From contig CBDCLE010000003.1 in assembly GCA_965218585.1 (NCBI GenBank), forward strand, positions 96,001 to 160,000: DNA of 64,000 nt. The letters are read 5' to 3'. Below the pieces are notes generated by a model. The model did no database searches. It worked only from the letters and a program-made list of their open reading frames with translations, and was not told where the DNA came from. Shown piece by piece: positions 51,589-61,892 of this stretch. This stretch comes from Terriglobia bacterium (GTDB taxonomy: Bacteria > Acidobacteriota > Terriglobia > 20CM-2-55-15). A program made the position numbers and the translations under genes. The stretch's first letter is position 1. Each line of letters starts with the position of its first letter.

Positions 51589-52400
51589 GGCGTGCTAACA
51601 CTAATGAGCATGAATGTTTTATAATCAGGCATGGAGATCACACAGGAGCAGTATTGTCGCATCGAGCCGGAACTGCCGCGTCAGCGGGGCAACGTCAGTC
51701 TTTCGAACCTGACGGTCTTGAACGCCATTTTGTATGTGGCTGAGCAGGGCTGCAAGTGGCGCGGTCTGCCCAAGCGCTTTGGCAACTGGCACACCATCTA
51801 CACCCGGATGAACCGCTGGTCCAAGAACGGGGTGCTCGACGCCGTCTTCGAAAAACTCCAGCGCGAGCAACTGGTGCGCATCCGGGTGGAAGCCGTTTCG
51901 ATGGACTCGACCATTGTGAAGGTGCATCCCGACGGCACGGGAGCGTTAAAAAAAACGGTCCGCAAGCGATCGGCAAATCCCGCGGTGGATGGACCACCAA
52001 GATTCATCTGGTTGCCGCGAATGCTCGAACGGCGATAACGTTTGCGCTCTCGCCCGGCCAAGCGCACGACGCCCCGCAGGGCCGCGATCTGCTCGCCGGC
52101 CTGGGGCCGTTGCCCGCGCCGCTGCCGCTGCTGATGGACCGTGCCTACCAGGACGACCAGACCCGCCAATTGGCTCTGGATTTTGGGTGGATTCCCGTCG
52201 TGCCGCCCAAGCGCAACCGCCTGGAGCCGTGGGAATACGACCGCGTGCTCTACCGCCGCAGGAACGAAGTCGAGAGGCTCTTCCGCCGACTCAAGGGTTT
52301 TCGGCGTATCTTCTCCCGTTTCGATAAACTCGACGTCATGTTCCTCGCCTTCCTTCACTTCGCACTCATCGTCGAGGCACTACGTTAGTGTTAACACGCT
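51589..52400 (+). mobile_element. IS5-family (IS427-like) insertion sequence
   Basis: IRs GGCGTGCTAACACTAA / AGCGTGTTAACACTAA; CTAG duplication at 51585-51588 and 52401-52404. Confidence 0.92.
51631..52388 (+). CDS. IS5 transposase expressed via a -1 frameshift at the A8 tract (51948-51955)
   Basis: orfA GCKWRGLP..FG.W..MDST; orfB IGKSRGGWTTKIH, MDRAY, RNEVERLF.RLK. Confidence 0.9.
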
Positions 52401-52404
52401 CTAG

Positions 52405-53778
52405 CTATTTGGGGCGATATGCCGTGCGCGCAACCTCCGCGTAAGGGGCGGGTGCAACAATCGCCTTGATCTCGGTCTGGACGTGACGCTCGACTGTCGG
52501 TTTGGACGTCCCGCGATCTTCTTCGCCCCAGACAAGCGTGACCTCGGTGCCCGGCTCGCTGTGAGCGATGTCGATACTTGCCAGAGAGATCATCGCCCGT
52601 TCGTTGTAGGTGTACCCCGTGTAGGTGGAAACACCCACCATCTCACCGTCCTTCAACACCTTGTCAAATGGGAGGGTCGCATAGTTGGCCAACGGCAGAT
52701 CGATGTGTTTGGCGGTGTCGCCATCATTGAATAAAGATCTGAAAACGCCGGCCACGGCATCGCCGCTCCAGACGAGGGTCGCTTTCTTCCGCCGCGGGTT
52801 TTCGGCGATCTTCTCGAGGGCCTCCCTTCCGAGAAAATCGTGATCGAACCGGACGAAGCGTCCATAGTCCAAATCGTACGGCGTCAGGTAGTAGTCGGTG
52901 ATGTCATCGGAGACCAGGCTCCCACCCAAAGACGCCATGCATTCGTAGCTGTCTGGCTTCAACCACTCGCGGTAGGGTTTCATTACTTCGCTGTCATAAA
53001 CAGCGGGACACGGAGACGGGATCCAACCTGATACCAACGCGGTGGTCGAGTAGGCCTTCGCGCCCACCTGTCGAATCCCGTATTCCTGGCCGGCTTCAAG
53101 AATGGCGTCGCGGATCGCATCCCCGTCTTCCCAAGGACCCCAGAGTTCCCACCCGGGCTGTCCGACCATCCCGTGACGCAACGCACGCACTTCGCGGCCG
53201 GCAATCGTGAACCTGTCCATATGGAAGAACTTGATATCGGGCGTGGACTTTCCCGTCGCCTTCTCCATTACGGTTACAGCATGAGGGCCCTGAACCTGGT
53301 AGCGGTAAACCAGTCGCCTGCCTTTCTTGTTCACAAAGGAGCGGTCGTCTCTCTCGGTTGTCACATCGTACCCACCGGTGTCAACGTTGTACTGCACCCA
53401 GTTGTGAGCGGGAGGCCGGCCGACGATATCTATTTTGTTTTCTTCCAGAACGAAGAGAATGGCATCGCCAATCAGGTAACCCCGTTCGTCGCAGGCGACG
53501 AATTGTTTCCCCCTGTCGGGTCTGAAATTCTTGACCGTGTTGACGCCGAGGTCGGAGAGCAACCTGACGACGTCGGGGCCTTCGACGTAAAGTTCCGTCA
53601 TATGGTGCGACTGGTCGAACAAGGCGCAGCTCTCATTCCAAGAACGCTGTTCATCTCTCCAGTTCGTGAACTCGGGAGGGACCACCGGGAACGCGTAGGG
53701 TCCGATCTGCGAATTGCGTAACAACCTGACGGGATTCCCGACGGCTTGTAACGCTTCCTCCAAGTTTCGATAGCTCAT
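52405..53778 (-). CDS. THF-dependent aryl O-demethylase (LigM/DesA-like aminomethyltransferase family)
   Basis: EFTNWRDEQ..W...LFDQSHHM, GDAILF, YRYQVQGP, RHGM.G..G.E.WGP, GWIPSP and FDHDF.GR motifs. Confidence 0.88.
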   Translation of the reverse strand: MSYRNLEEALQAVGNPVRLLRNSQIGPYAFPVVPPEFTNWRDEQRSWNESCALFDQSHHMTELYVEGPDVVRLLSDLGVNTVKNFRPDRGKQFVACDERGYLIGDAILFVLEENKIDIVGRPPAHNWVQYNVDTGGYDVTTERDDRSFVNKKGRRLVYRYQVQGPHAVTVMEKATGKSTPDIKFFHMDRFTIAGREVRALRHGMVGQPGWELWGPWEDGDAIRDAILEAGQEYGIRQVGAKAYSTTALVSGWIPSPCPAVYDSEVMKPYREWLKPDSYECMASLGGSLVSDDITDYYLTPYDLDYGRFVRFDHDFLGREALEKIAENPRRKKATLVWSGDAVAGVFRSLFNDGDTAKHIDLPLANYATLPFDKVLKDGEMVGVSTYTGYTYNERAMISLASIDIAHSEPGTEVTLVWGEEDRGTSKPTVERHVQTEIKAIVAPAPYAEVARTAYRPK

Positions 53779-53909
53779 AACTGCCGGCAACCTCCTACGA
53801 ACAAGAAGCTCTATTCTAGCGCCGCGTATTCTAACATCGCTGGGGGTAGTAGCGAATGCCCGGTCCGACGGGGACCAGAACAGAGCGGGTGTCCTGCTAT
53901 TAATCAGGC

Positions 53910-55298
53910 ATGATCAGGTACACACGCGCAGACACTCCGATGTCTCGGGAAAAGATGTTTGTCGGGCTGGGAATTGTCGCAGTTCTAGCCCTCCTGTTAG
54001 TTGTCGGGTTGAGTTTTCGGCGGCTGGAAGGTCGGGAACCGACGATCGTGTTCGACAGCGAATTCGAAGCACTCGGTCGGTCCCCGTCACTCGGCCTTAC
54101 CGTCGAAGACTTAGGAACCGGTCTCAGGCAGGTGAGCATCGTTCTCAATCAGGGAAACACGGAACTCGTCCTGGCCGAGGAATCCTTCGACAAATCTGCG
54201 GATACGCGTGTCCGGATATACGACGTCGGGAAACTCATCGACGAAACCTACGACGCTCAGGCTGGCCCGGCGAGCCTCAGAGTTTCGGCATCCGACCATT
54301 CGTTTCGTAGCTTCTTTAGCGGAAACCGGTCGGAGCTGACACGGGAATTCGAATTCGACCTATACCCCCCGAGTCTGGAAGTTCTTTCAGGCCTGCACTA
54401 CATCAACCAGGGTGGGTCCGAGGCCGTTGTCTACAGGGTATCGGAGGACGCCGTGGTTTCAGGTGTCCAGGTCGGTCCGCATTTCTTCTCCGGATACCCC
54501 CTCGATTCTGTGGATCCGGATCTTCGTTTTTCACTATTCGCGTTTGCGTACGATCTGGCTCCAGACACGCCTGTCCGGTTGATGGCCAGAGACGGGGCGG
54601 GGAACGAAGCACTGACCGATGTCGGACACCGGCTGACGCGACGTGAGTTCCGCAACCGGGAGATCGTCCTCTCAGACAGCTTTCTGAACATGGTCGTGCC
54701 CGAGATCATGAGCCGTACCCCTGAGGTTCGCGACCAAGGAACGCTCATCGACACGTACGTCGAGATCAACAGCAATCTTCGTGATGCCAACCACTCATCG
54801 CTTGCCGAACTCTCGATGCAGTCTGAGGCAGAGTTTCTCTGGGACGGGGCGTTCACCCAGCTCAGCAACTCGCAGGTGGAGTCTTTCTTTGCGGACCGGC
54901 GTACCTATATGTATGACGGCGAAGAAGTCGACCAACAGGATCACGTCGGCTTCGACCTTTCCGTCGTTCAGCGTTATCCGATCGAAGCGGCCAATTCGGG
55001 ACGCGTCATGCTGGCCGAGTACTTCGGTATATACGGCAACACGGTCCTCATCGACCACGGGACAGGACTGGTTTCGCTTTACGCACACATGAGTAGCATC
55101 GATGTAGAGACCGGGCAGATGGTTGGCAAGGGGCAGATTCTGGGGCGTAGCGGCGCAACAGGCCTTGCCGGAGGCGACCACCTGCACTTTGGACTGTTTC
55201 TGCACGGCGTTCCGGTCAACCCGATCGAATGGTGGGATCCCAACTGGGTCGAGGACCATGTTCTGGAGCGGTTGGCGTCCCCGCTTCCATCTGAGTAA
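53910..55298 (+). CDS. M23-family metallopeptidase
   Basis: N-terminal TM; HVGFD, YGN.V.IDHG, YAH and HLHF motifs. Confidence 0.9.
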   Translation: MIRYTRADTPMSREKMFVGLGIVAVLALLLVVGLSFRRLEGREPTIVFDSEFEALGRSPSLGLTVEDLGTGLRQVSIVLNQGNTELVLAEESFDKSADTRVRIYDVGKLIDETYDAQAGPASLRVSASDHSFRSFFSGNRSELTREFEFDLYPPSLEVLSGLHYINQGGSEAVVYRVSEDAVVSGVQVGPHFFSGYPLDSVDPDLRFSLFAFAYDLAPDTPVRLMARDGAGNEALTDVGHRLTRREFRNREIVLSDSFLNMVVPEIMSRTPEVRDQGTLIDTYVEINSNLRDANHSSLAELSMQSEAEFLWDGAFTQLSNSQVESFFADRRTYMYDGEEVDQQDHVGFDLSVVQRYPIEAANSGRVMLAEYFGIYGNTVLIDHGTGLVSLYAHMSSIDVETGQMVGKGQILGRSGATGLAGGDHLHFGLFLHGVPVNPIEWWDPNWVEDHVLERLASPLPSE

Positions 55299-55343
55299 CG
55301 GCTGGCACGTCCGCGTAACAATCGGGCTCCGGGAACTGATAAA

Positions 55344-56864
55344 ATGGATCCCATGAATACAGACACTTTTCGCGAGAACATACTGGAGCTTCTGCGGCGC
55401 ACTTCCGCCTTCTTACCTCCAGATATCCAGAACGTGATCGACCTCCAGCGCAAACTGGAAGTCTCGGGATCCAAAGCCGACTTCGCCCTGGAACTGGTAG
55501 CTCAGAACATCGGATTGGCGAAGGCCAGATCCCTCCCGATCTGCCAGGACACCGGGACGATCAACTTCTATATCAAGACGCCTATCGGTGTGGACCAGCT
55601 CGAACTGGCCGATCTCTGCCGCGAAGCGGTCCAGGAGGCGACCGCTGTGGGTTACCTGCGGCAAAACTCTGTGGACAGCGTGGACGGCAAGAACACCGGA
55701 GACAATCTTGGTCCCGGAAGTCCCGTGTTTCATTGGGAACAGACCCGCGACGCGGACATCGATATCCGCCTGATCCTCAAGGGTGGCGGCTGCGAGAACA
55801 TGAGTGCCCAGTACAGCCTACCTGCGGAGATCCAGGGCAAGCGAGTTAACCGCGATATGGAAGGCGTGCGCGCCTGTATTCTTGACGCGGTCTGGAACGC
55901 TCAGGGCAAGGGGTGTGGCCCCGGGTTCCTTGGAGTCGCCATCGGCGGTGACCGGGCCTCGGGTTATGAATTTGCGAAGCACCAACTGCTGCGTTCGATC
56001 GATGACTCCAGTCCCGATCCCCTCCTGGCCGAACTGGAGGGCGTGATCATGAAAGAGGCCAACACACTCGACATCGGCCCGATGGGTTTTGCCGGAAAGT
56101 TTACTGTTGGGTGCTGCAAGGTCGGGAAGCTCAACCGCCTGCCGGCGTCTTTCTTTGTGACGATCGCTTACATGTGCTGGGCCTACCGTCGCCGCGGCGT
56201 CGTGATGGACGTCGAAGGCAATATCAGAGACTGGCTCTACACCGAGGAACACGAGTTCGAGACCCAGGAGCCGATGCCGGATCTGACCCTTCCTGAAGGG
56301 GAAACGGTTCGACTGGAGACACCCTTGAGCGAAGCCGATGTCCGGGGTCTTAAGGTCGGTGATGTAGTCCTGCTCAACGGAATCGTGTTCACGGGACGGG
56401 ATGCCGTCCACAAGTATCTCCATGAAGGCGGAGAACTGGATGTTATCCAGAACGGTGTCATCTACCACTGCGGACCTGTCGTTCTCGAGAAAGACGGTGA
56501 ACACAAGATAATGGCCGCCGGCCCGACGACATCGATCCGCGAAGAACCTTACCAGGCCGATATCATCGAGAAGTTCGGCATCAAGGCCGTGATTGGTAAG
56601 GGTGGCATGGGCGCGAGGACCCAGAAGGCTTGTCAGGAACACGGTGCCGTGTACCTCCATGCCATCGGCGGCGCAGCGCAGATCTACGCGCAGTGCATCA
56701 AAAAGGTCTTGAGTGTCCGGCTTGAAGAGTTCGGCAGTCCCGAAGCGGTGTGGGAACTGGAAGTCGAGAACTTTCCGGCCGTCGTCACGATCGACAGCCA
56801 TGGCAACAACCTGCAGCAGGTCGTCGCCGACAGATCGCAGGCGCTCTTGGTAACAGCGCTTTAA
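55344..56864 (+). CDS. Class I Fe-S fumarate hydratase (fused alpha/beta)
   Basis: PICQDTG, KGGGCEN, GRDA.H, GPTTSIR, IGKGG and IDSHGN motifs. Confidence 0.92.
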   Translation: MDPMNTDTFRENILELLRRTSAFLPPDIQNVIDLQRKLEVSGSKADFALELVAQNIGLAKARSLPICQDTGTINFYIKTPIGVDQLELADLCREAVQEATAVGYLRQNSVDSVDGKNTGDNLGPGSPVFHWEQTRDADIDIRLILKGGGCENMSAQYSLPAEIQGKRVNRDMEGVRACILDAVWNAQGKGCGPGFLGVAIGGDRASGYEFAKHQLLRSIDDSSPDPLLAELEGVIMKEANTLDIGPMGFAGKFTVGCCKVGKLNRLPASFFVTIAYMCWAYRRRGVVMDVEGNIRDWLYTEEHEFETQEPMPDLTLPEGETVRLETPLSEADVRGLKVGDVVLLNGIVFTGRDAVHKYLHEGGELDVIQNGVIYHCGPVVLEKDGEHKIMAAGPTTSIREEPYQADIIEKFGIKAVIGKGGMGARTQKACQEHGAVYLHAIGGAAQIYAQCIKKVLSVRLEEFGSPEAVWELEVENFPAVVTIDSHGNNLQQVVADRSQALLVTAL

Positions 56865-56904
56865 AAAGGGGACAGTGAGCTAATTCGCTGCTCTGTAGAT
56901 TTCT

Positions 56905-56960
56905 GTAGGTGCGGTCTATGACCGCACAAACATTGAACGGGCGCTCATAGAGCGCCCTAC
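56905..56960. repeat. REP doublet (REPIN-like) with GTAG feet
   Basis: GTAGGTGCGGTCTATGACCGCAC-N11-GGGCGCTCATAGAGCGCCCTAC between convergent genes. Confidence 0.75.
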
Positions 56961-56970
56961 AGAAGAATCC

Positions 56971-57717
56971 TCAATCCAGTCTGACACCCACCTTGCCATC
57001 CGCGTCCACGAAATTCCGATTGTTTTCCTGGCAGATATATTCGGCGATTGTCCAGTCGCGGTGCCGCGCCAGGTTGCTGACGGTGACCCAGGGGCTGTTG
57101 AGGGCTTCCGGATCTGTGACGGTGGTTTCGATTTGCATCGTGTCCGGGTCGGCCAGGCGGAAGCGTTCGACAATCTTCATGTTTCCGCTATGTGGCAGGT
57201 TCGGTGAGATCTCGGTCAGGGGTGTAAACCCGACGCTCTCCACGATCAGCGTGTCTTCTTCCCAGCGCCCGACCGACGTTCCGAAGAAATTCTCGTCAGG
57301 GTCCTCCGGCAGCGCGCGCCCGTCGGTGTATATGTGGCGGACCTGCGTGTAGACTTCGAGGACGATCGTCACCTTATTCGGAGTGAGCAGAAACTCCATG
57401 GGATACGGTTGTCCCATGATGCGCGGCATCCCGGGAGGTAGACAGTTGGTCGTTTGGGCATCTTCCGCCCCACGTTCCAGGATCATGTCCCGGATTGCCG
57501 CATACTCGGATGTAGGCGAGAGCTCGGTCCCGCCGCCGCCTCCTCCAAAGCTGCGTTCCCAGACCCCGCTGAAGTCGGGCAGTTCAGCAAGCGCGGCCCA
57601 GTCTGCAGCGGTGGGCGAGGGCATCGTTGGTGATTGTGCCCCTGCGACAGGCGTAAGCGTTGTCGCAGCCAACCAGACCGCTACGAAGCCAAAAAGAGTC
57701 TTTCGAATGATCTTCAT
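56971..57717 (-). CDS. Secreted hypothetical protein, third paralogue of the DxxGxW / paired-Cys family
   Basis: PDFSGVW, NCLPPGMP, RHIYTDGR, GTSVGRWEEDTLIV and EYICQENN motifs. Confidence 0.8.
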   Translation of the reverse strand: MKIIRKTLFGFVAVWLAATTLTPVAGAQSPTMPSPTAADWAALAELPDFSGVWERSFGGGGGGTELSPTSEYAAIRDMILERGAEDAQTTNCLPPGMPRIMGQPYPMEFLLTPNKVTIVLEVYTQVRHIYTDGRALPEDPDENFFGTSVGRWEEDTLIVESVGFTPLTEISPNLPHSGNMKIVERFRLADPDTMQIETTVTDPEALNSPWVTVSNLARHRDWTIAEYICQENNRNFVDADGKVGVRLD

Positions 57718-57790
57718 CCCTACCCTCCGGCGCCCAAATTTCCTGGATTTCGCCTGCTTCGGGGAAGTCTTGAAGATGGAGACAATATTG

Positions 57791-59185
57791 TCAAGCTGAA
57801 TGGGAGCGTGAATGCCCTTCCTCTTCCAATGCCCGGACAAAACTCTTTCGCCAGTTGTTGATGTCGTTTGACCGGAGGACGGCGATCATATCTGCATACC
57901 GCTCCCGGCGTTCCTCCACCGGCATCTCGATTGCTTTTCGAATACCGTCGGCCATGCCGTCCCGATCGTAGGGGTTGACCAGGATAGCGGCGCTGAGCTC
58001 CCTTGCGGCTCCAGCCAGCTCGGACAGGACGAGTATGCCAGGGTCTTCCGGATCCTGGCTGGCCACGTACTCCTTAGCGACCAGGTTCATCCCGTCTCGG
58101 ATAGGCGTGACCAGACCGACGCTCGCCAGCCGGTAGAGAGACATCAGAACCGGCCGGTCGTAGAGTTTGTTCAGATACCGAATCGGAACCCAATCGATGT
58201 CGGCAAAGCGACCGTTGATGTTGCCCGAAGCCTGCTCAAGGTTTTCCCGGATTCGGTCATAAGTCCGGACACCCGTCCTTGTAGGTGGCGCAATCTGAAG
58301 GAGCGAAACACGCCCCCGCAGCCCCAGATTGTTCATCAGCAGGTTTTCGAAAGCGCGGAACCGCAGCTCGAGCCCCTTGCTGTAGTCGAGCCGGTCGACG
58401 CCGATAATCAGACGCCGATCGCCCACGCTCTTAGCGAGTCGGCGGACTTGGGAGTGTTCCATATTTTCCCCGGCCAAAGACTGACAGGCATCCACATCGA
58501 TGCTGATCGGAAACACCCCGGCACGAAACGTGCGTCCGAAGGCGGTAACACGACCATCGCCGAGAACAGCGCCACCGATCTCCGGCTGCGTGAGGCAATC
58601 CTGGAACGATGCCAGATCCCTGTCGGTCTGAAAGCCGACGACGTCATAACCGACCAGAGCCTCGAGGATCTCCCGGTAGCAGGGCAGGGCATGGATGACG
58701 TCGAAGTTGGGAAACGGCACGTGCAGAAAGAAACCGATCGGTTGTGTCACGCCCCTCTGACGTAACTCTTTACCCAGTGGTATCAGATGATAGTCGTGGA
58801 CCCAGACCACGTCATCCGGTGTGAGGAAGGGCACGAGCCTCTCAGCAAAGAGTGTGTTTACGCGGCAATAGGCGTCGTACTGGAGCTGGTCGTACTTGAG
58901 GTAGCCGAGCATGAAATGGAGCAGGGGCCAGAGCGTGTCGTTGCCGAAACCGTTGTAATACTCTTCGAAATCCTCCGCGTTCACGTCTGTCGTGACGATC
59001 TGAACGTTGCCGGATTTTGTCACCTTGGGTTCGGTGGGCTGGTCTGCGGTCGTTTCACCACTCCACCCGAACCAGACGCCGCCGTGATCTTCCAGCGCTG
59101 ACCAGAGCGCGACGGCCAGGCCCCCGGAGGTCTTGCCCTGCTTCGGTTCGGCGACGCGATTGGATACAGCGACGAGTCGGCTCAT
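57791..59185 (-). CDS. otsA: Trehalose-6-phosphate synthase
   Basis: [30 protein letters not shown] and [11 protein letters not shown] motifs. Confidence 0.96.
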   Translation of the reverse strand: MSRLVAVSNRVAEPKQGKTSGGLAVALWSALEDHGGVWFGWSGETTADQPTEPKVTKSGNVQIVTTDVNAEDFEEYYNGFGNDTLWPLLHFMLGYLKYDQLQYDAYCRVNTLFAERLVPFLTPDDVVWVHDYHLIPLGKELRQRGVTQPIGFFLHVPFPNFDVIHALPCYREILEALVGYDVVGFQTDRDLASFQDCLTQPEIGGAVLGDGRVTAFGRTFRAGVFPISIDVDACQSLAGENMEHSQVRRLAKSVGDRRLIIGVDRLDYSKGLELRFRAFENLLMNNLGLRGRVSLLQIAPPTRTGVRTYDRIRENLEQASGNINGRFADIDWVPIRYLNKLYDRPVLMSLYRLASVGLVTPIRDGMNLVAKEYVASQDPEDPGILVLSELAGAARELSAAILVNPYDRDGMADGIRKAIEMPVEERRERYADMIAVLRSNDINNWRKSFVRALEEEGHSRSHSA

Positions 59186-59198
59186 CGGGCTTCATCCC

Positions 59199-60989
59199 TC
59201 ATAGGGCTTCGTCCCAAGACTGGCTCAGGCGCATGGCTGCGGTGATCACGCCGACCATGCTGTAGGTTTGCGGAAAGTTCCCCCAGAGTTCGCCGCTTTC
59301 CGGGTCCAGGTCCTCTGACAGCAGTCCGAGTGAGTTCCTTCGATTGAGCATATTCGAAAACAATTCCCGCGCTTCATCTTTGCGTCCCACAGCAGCCAGG
59401 GCATTGATGTACCAGAACGTGCAGATGTTGAACGCCGTCTCGGGTGTACCGAAATCGTCCGAGCTGGTATAGCGAAAGACGTAGGAGCCTTGCTTTAACT
59501 CGTTCTCCACGGCCGCTAGCGTTGCCGCAAACTTCGGGTCTCCTGCCCGGACGAAGCCCAGATCCGCAAGCGTCAGTAGGCTCGCATCCAGCTGATCGCC
59601 CCCAAAGGTGGCCACGAAGCTCCCTCGTTCTTTGCTCCATGCCTGGTCCATGATCGTTTCCCGAATCCTGTTTGCGCGATCTCTCCAGTAATCAGCGCGT
59701 TCGGATAGTTCCAAATGCGCTGCGATCCGTGAGAGCCGATCACAGGCGGCCCAGCAGATGACGCTCGAATAGGTGTGCACCTCGCTCCGGCCGCGATACT
59801 CCCAGGGGCCGGCGTCGGGTTGATCGAACACCTCGGCGGCCCGATGTCCGAGAGATTCAAGGCGTTCGAACTCACGCCGACCCCCGCTTTGGACCAACCG
59901 CCGGTCGAAGAAACTCTGCGTTGCCGCAAGGACCGTCGCACCATAGACGTCGTTCTGGCGTTGCGTGTAGGCGTCATTGCCCACGCGGACCGGCCCCATC
60001 CCCCGATATCCCTCCAACGAAGTCACGGTCTTTTCCGTCAGGTCCGATTCGCCCGAGATCCCATAGACGGGTTGCAGATGGTTGCTGTCCCCGTGTTCGG
60101 CGACGAGATTGAAAATGTAAGACAGGAACTGCTGCATCGTCTTGGTCGCGCCCAGGCTGTTCAGTGCCTGCACCGTGTAATAGCTGTCGCGGAGCCAGCA
60201 ATACCGATAGTCCCAGTTGCGGCCGCTTTCTGGCGCTTCCGGTATCGAGGTCGTCAGCGCGGCCAGGACCGCACCGGTGTCTTCATACGTGCAGAGTTTC
60301 AACGTGATGGCCGCACGAATCACCTCTCTCTGCCACTCGAACGGGATCGACAGCGCGCGGGTCCAGTTTTCCCAGTAGGCCTTCGTCTCCCCGTACATCT
60401 CCCGGCTGACCTTGTCCGGACCCTCGGGAATGGATTCGTCCGGACCGAGGAGGAGCGTGATCGGCTTTTCCAACACGATCACGCGTTCCTCGAGCAGCGC
60501 CGCCAGGGGTGCGTTCGTCGTGAGCCGGATCGTGTAGCGCCCGTTGCTGAACCGGATATGATTGCTGCCGTGGGCCACGTCGGGTTTCCGGCTCCCGTAA
60601 TCGGCGGCGGGCCGCAGGCGGATTCGAAGAGCGGGTGTGCCACTGACCGGCGCAATGTGACGCACGACCATGATCGGATGAAAGCTGCGGCCGAGGTTCT
60701 GGTACCGCGGCGCAAGATCGGTAATCCGGACGCTCCCTCCGGAGGCGTCATGTAAGGTCGTTCGGAGGATTGCCGTATTGTCGATGTAGGCCTGCTCGGA
60801 GCGGTCGAAATCCTGGACGTCGACGGCGAAGAAACCGGTGTCATCGGATTTGTCCTCCGACTTAAGAAGCGAACAGAAGAAAGGATCGCTGTCGACGCGA
60901 GGAAAGCTCCCCCAGACATACCGCCCCACCGAATCCACCAGAACGGCGATCTGGCAATTGCCAATGACTCCAAGCTCCAAACTGCTCAT
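59199..60989 (-). CDS. Glycoside hydrolase family 15 (trehalase-like)
   Basis: IGNC, TTSIPE...RNWDYRYCWLRD, VRVGN.A..Q.Q.DVYG, WE.R and GNFPQ motifs. Confidence 0.93.
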   Translation of the reverse strand: MSSLELGVIGNCQIAVLVDSVGRYVWGSFPRVDSDPFFCSLLKSEDKSDDTGFFAVDVQDFDRSEQAYIDNTAILRTTLHDASGGSVRITDLAPRYQNLGRSFHPIMVVRHIAPVSGTPALRIRLRPAADYGSRKPDVAHGSNHIRFSNGRYTIRLTTNAPLAALLEERVIVLEKPITLLLGPDESIPEGPDKVSREMYGETKAYWENWTRALSIPFEWQREVIRAAITLKLCTYEDTGAVLAALTTSIPEAPESGRNWDYRYCWLRDSYYTVQALNSLGATKTMQQFLSYIFNLVAEHGDSNHLQPVYGISGESDLTEKTVTSLEGYRGMGPVRVGNDAYTQRQNDVYGATVLAATQSFFDRRLVQSGGRREFERLESLGHRAAEVFDQPDAGPWEYRGRSEVHTYSSVICWAACDRLSRIAAHLELSERADYWRDRANRIRETIMDQAWSKERGSFVATFGGDQLDASLLTLADLGFVRAGDPKFAATLAAVENELKQGSYVFRYTSSDDFGTPETAFNICTFWYINALAAVGRKDEARELFSNMLNRRNSLGLLSEDLDPESGELWGNFPQTYSMVGVITAAMRLSQSWDEAL

Positions 60990-61729
60990 AGCTCTACCAG
61001 TTTCTCGAGCCAGCTCAATACTGCATCCACATCGGTGAGTCGGGACCTCGCCACACTTTCGCCCGAGTTCACCTTGACCGACACACCACCCAGTTCGTTC
61101 ACAGTCCGAAAACCGTCCTCGTCGGTGGCGTCGTCGCCAATAAAGACAGGAGTTCGACCCACGAACGGTGCCTCGGCCATGAACGCCACTATAGCGCTAC
61201 CCTTGTCGCCCCCCGACGGCTTGATCTCGACGACCATGTTCCCGCAGATGACCTGCAGGTCGGATCCCAACCCGGCCAGGACCGATCGAACCTCGCCGAT
61301 CACCGCCTTTTCCAGTTCCGGCCTCTTCCGATAATGGAGGGCGAGAGTCAGTCCCTTGTGTTCGAGCAACGTCTCCGGGTTCCTCTCGACGAAGCCCCGC
61401 AAGGCCCGCTCGATTTCTCCAAATACTGCGCCCTCCACTGGCGTCCGCGTGACCTGTCCACCCGAATCGCGCCGCTCGAGTCCATGGACCGCGGCCAGGG
61501 GAAACTTCAGTGGCGCCAGTAACCGGTCCAGATCCTCCATCGTCCGTCCGCTGACCAGGGCGATCGCCCCACCGGTCACGTCATTCAACCGGACAAGCAA
61601 ATCGCGGACTCTTTCAGAGACCTCCACGCCCCCCGGTTCGTCCGCAAAATCCAGGAGCGTCCCGTCCAGGTCCAGAAAAAGCGCCGGCCGGTCGGGCCAG
61701 GCTGGCACGCTATCGTCAATCACGTGCAT
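60986..61729 (-). CDS. otsB: Trehalose-6-phosphate phosphatase
   Basis: FLDLDGTL, VSGR, HG.E, ALHYR, DKG and GDD.TDEDGF HAD motifs; start approximate. Confidence 0.93.
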   Translation of the reverse strand: MHVIDDSVPAWPDRPALFLDLDGTLLDFADEPGGVEVSERVRDLLVRLNDVTGGAIALVSGRTMEDLDRLLAPLKFPLAAVHGLERRDSGGQVTRTPVEGAVFGEIERALRGFVERNPETLLEHKGLTLALHYRKRPELEKAVIGEVRSVLAGLGSDLQVICGNMVVEIKPSGGDKGSAIVAFMAEAPFVGRTPVFIGDDATDEDGFRTVNELGGVSVKVNSGESVARSRLTDVDAVLSWLEKLVEL

Positions 61730-61746
61730 ACGATACAACATCACCT

Positions 61747-61872
61747 GTAGGGGCGGTCTATGACCGCCCGAGATTAACGTGCGGTCGGCATGGGGGGACC
61801 GTCCGTAGGACGGTGGGCCCGATGCCAATAAATGCCAGGGTCGCCACTTTGAAGGGCGACCACCGCACCTAC
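61747..61872. repeat. REP doublet whose second REP is interrupted by a 75-bp structured insert
   Basis: GTAGGGGCGGTCTATGACCGCCC (61747-61769); GTGCGGTC (61779-61786) ... ACCGCACCTAC (61862-61872). Confidence 0.65.
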
Positions 61873-61892
61873 AGTTATATTCTGAATCTGTG

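Noticed and set aside
51948-51955. IS5 transposase split as a pseudogene
   Set aside because: An A8 slippery tract with -1 overlap is the normal expression mode for this IS5 subgroup
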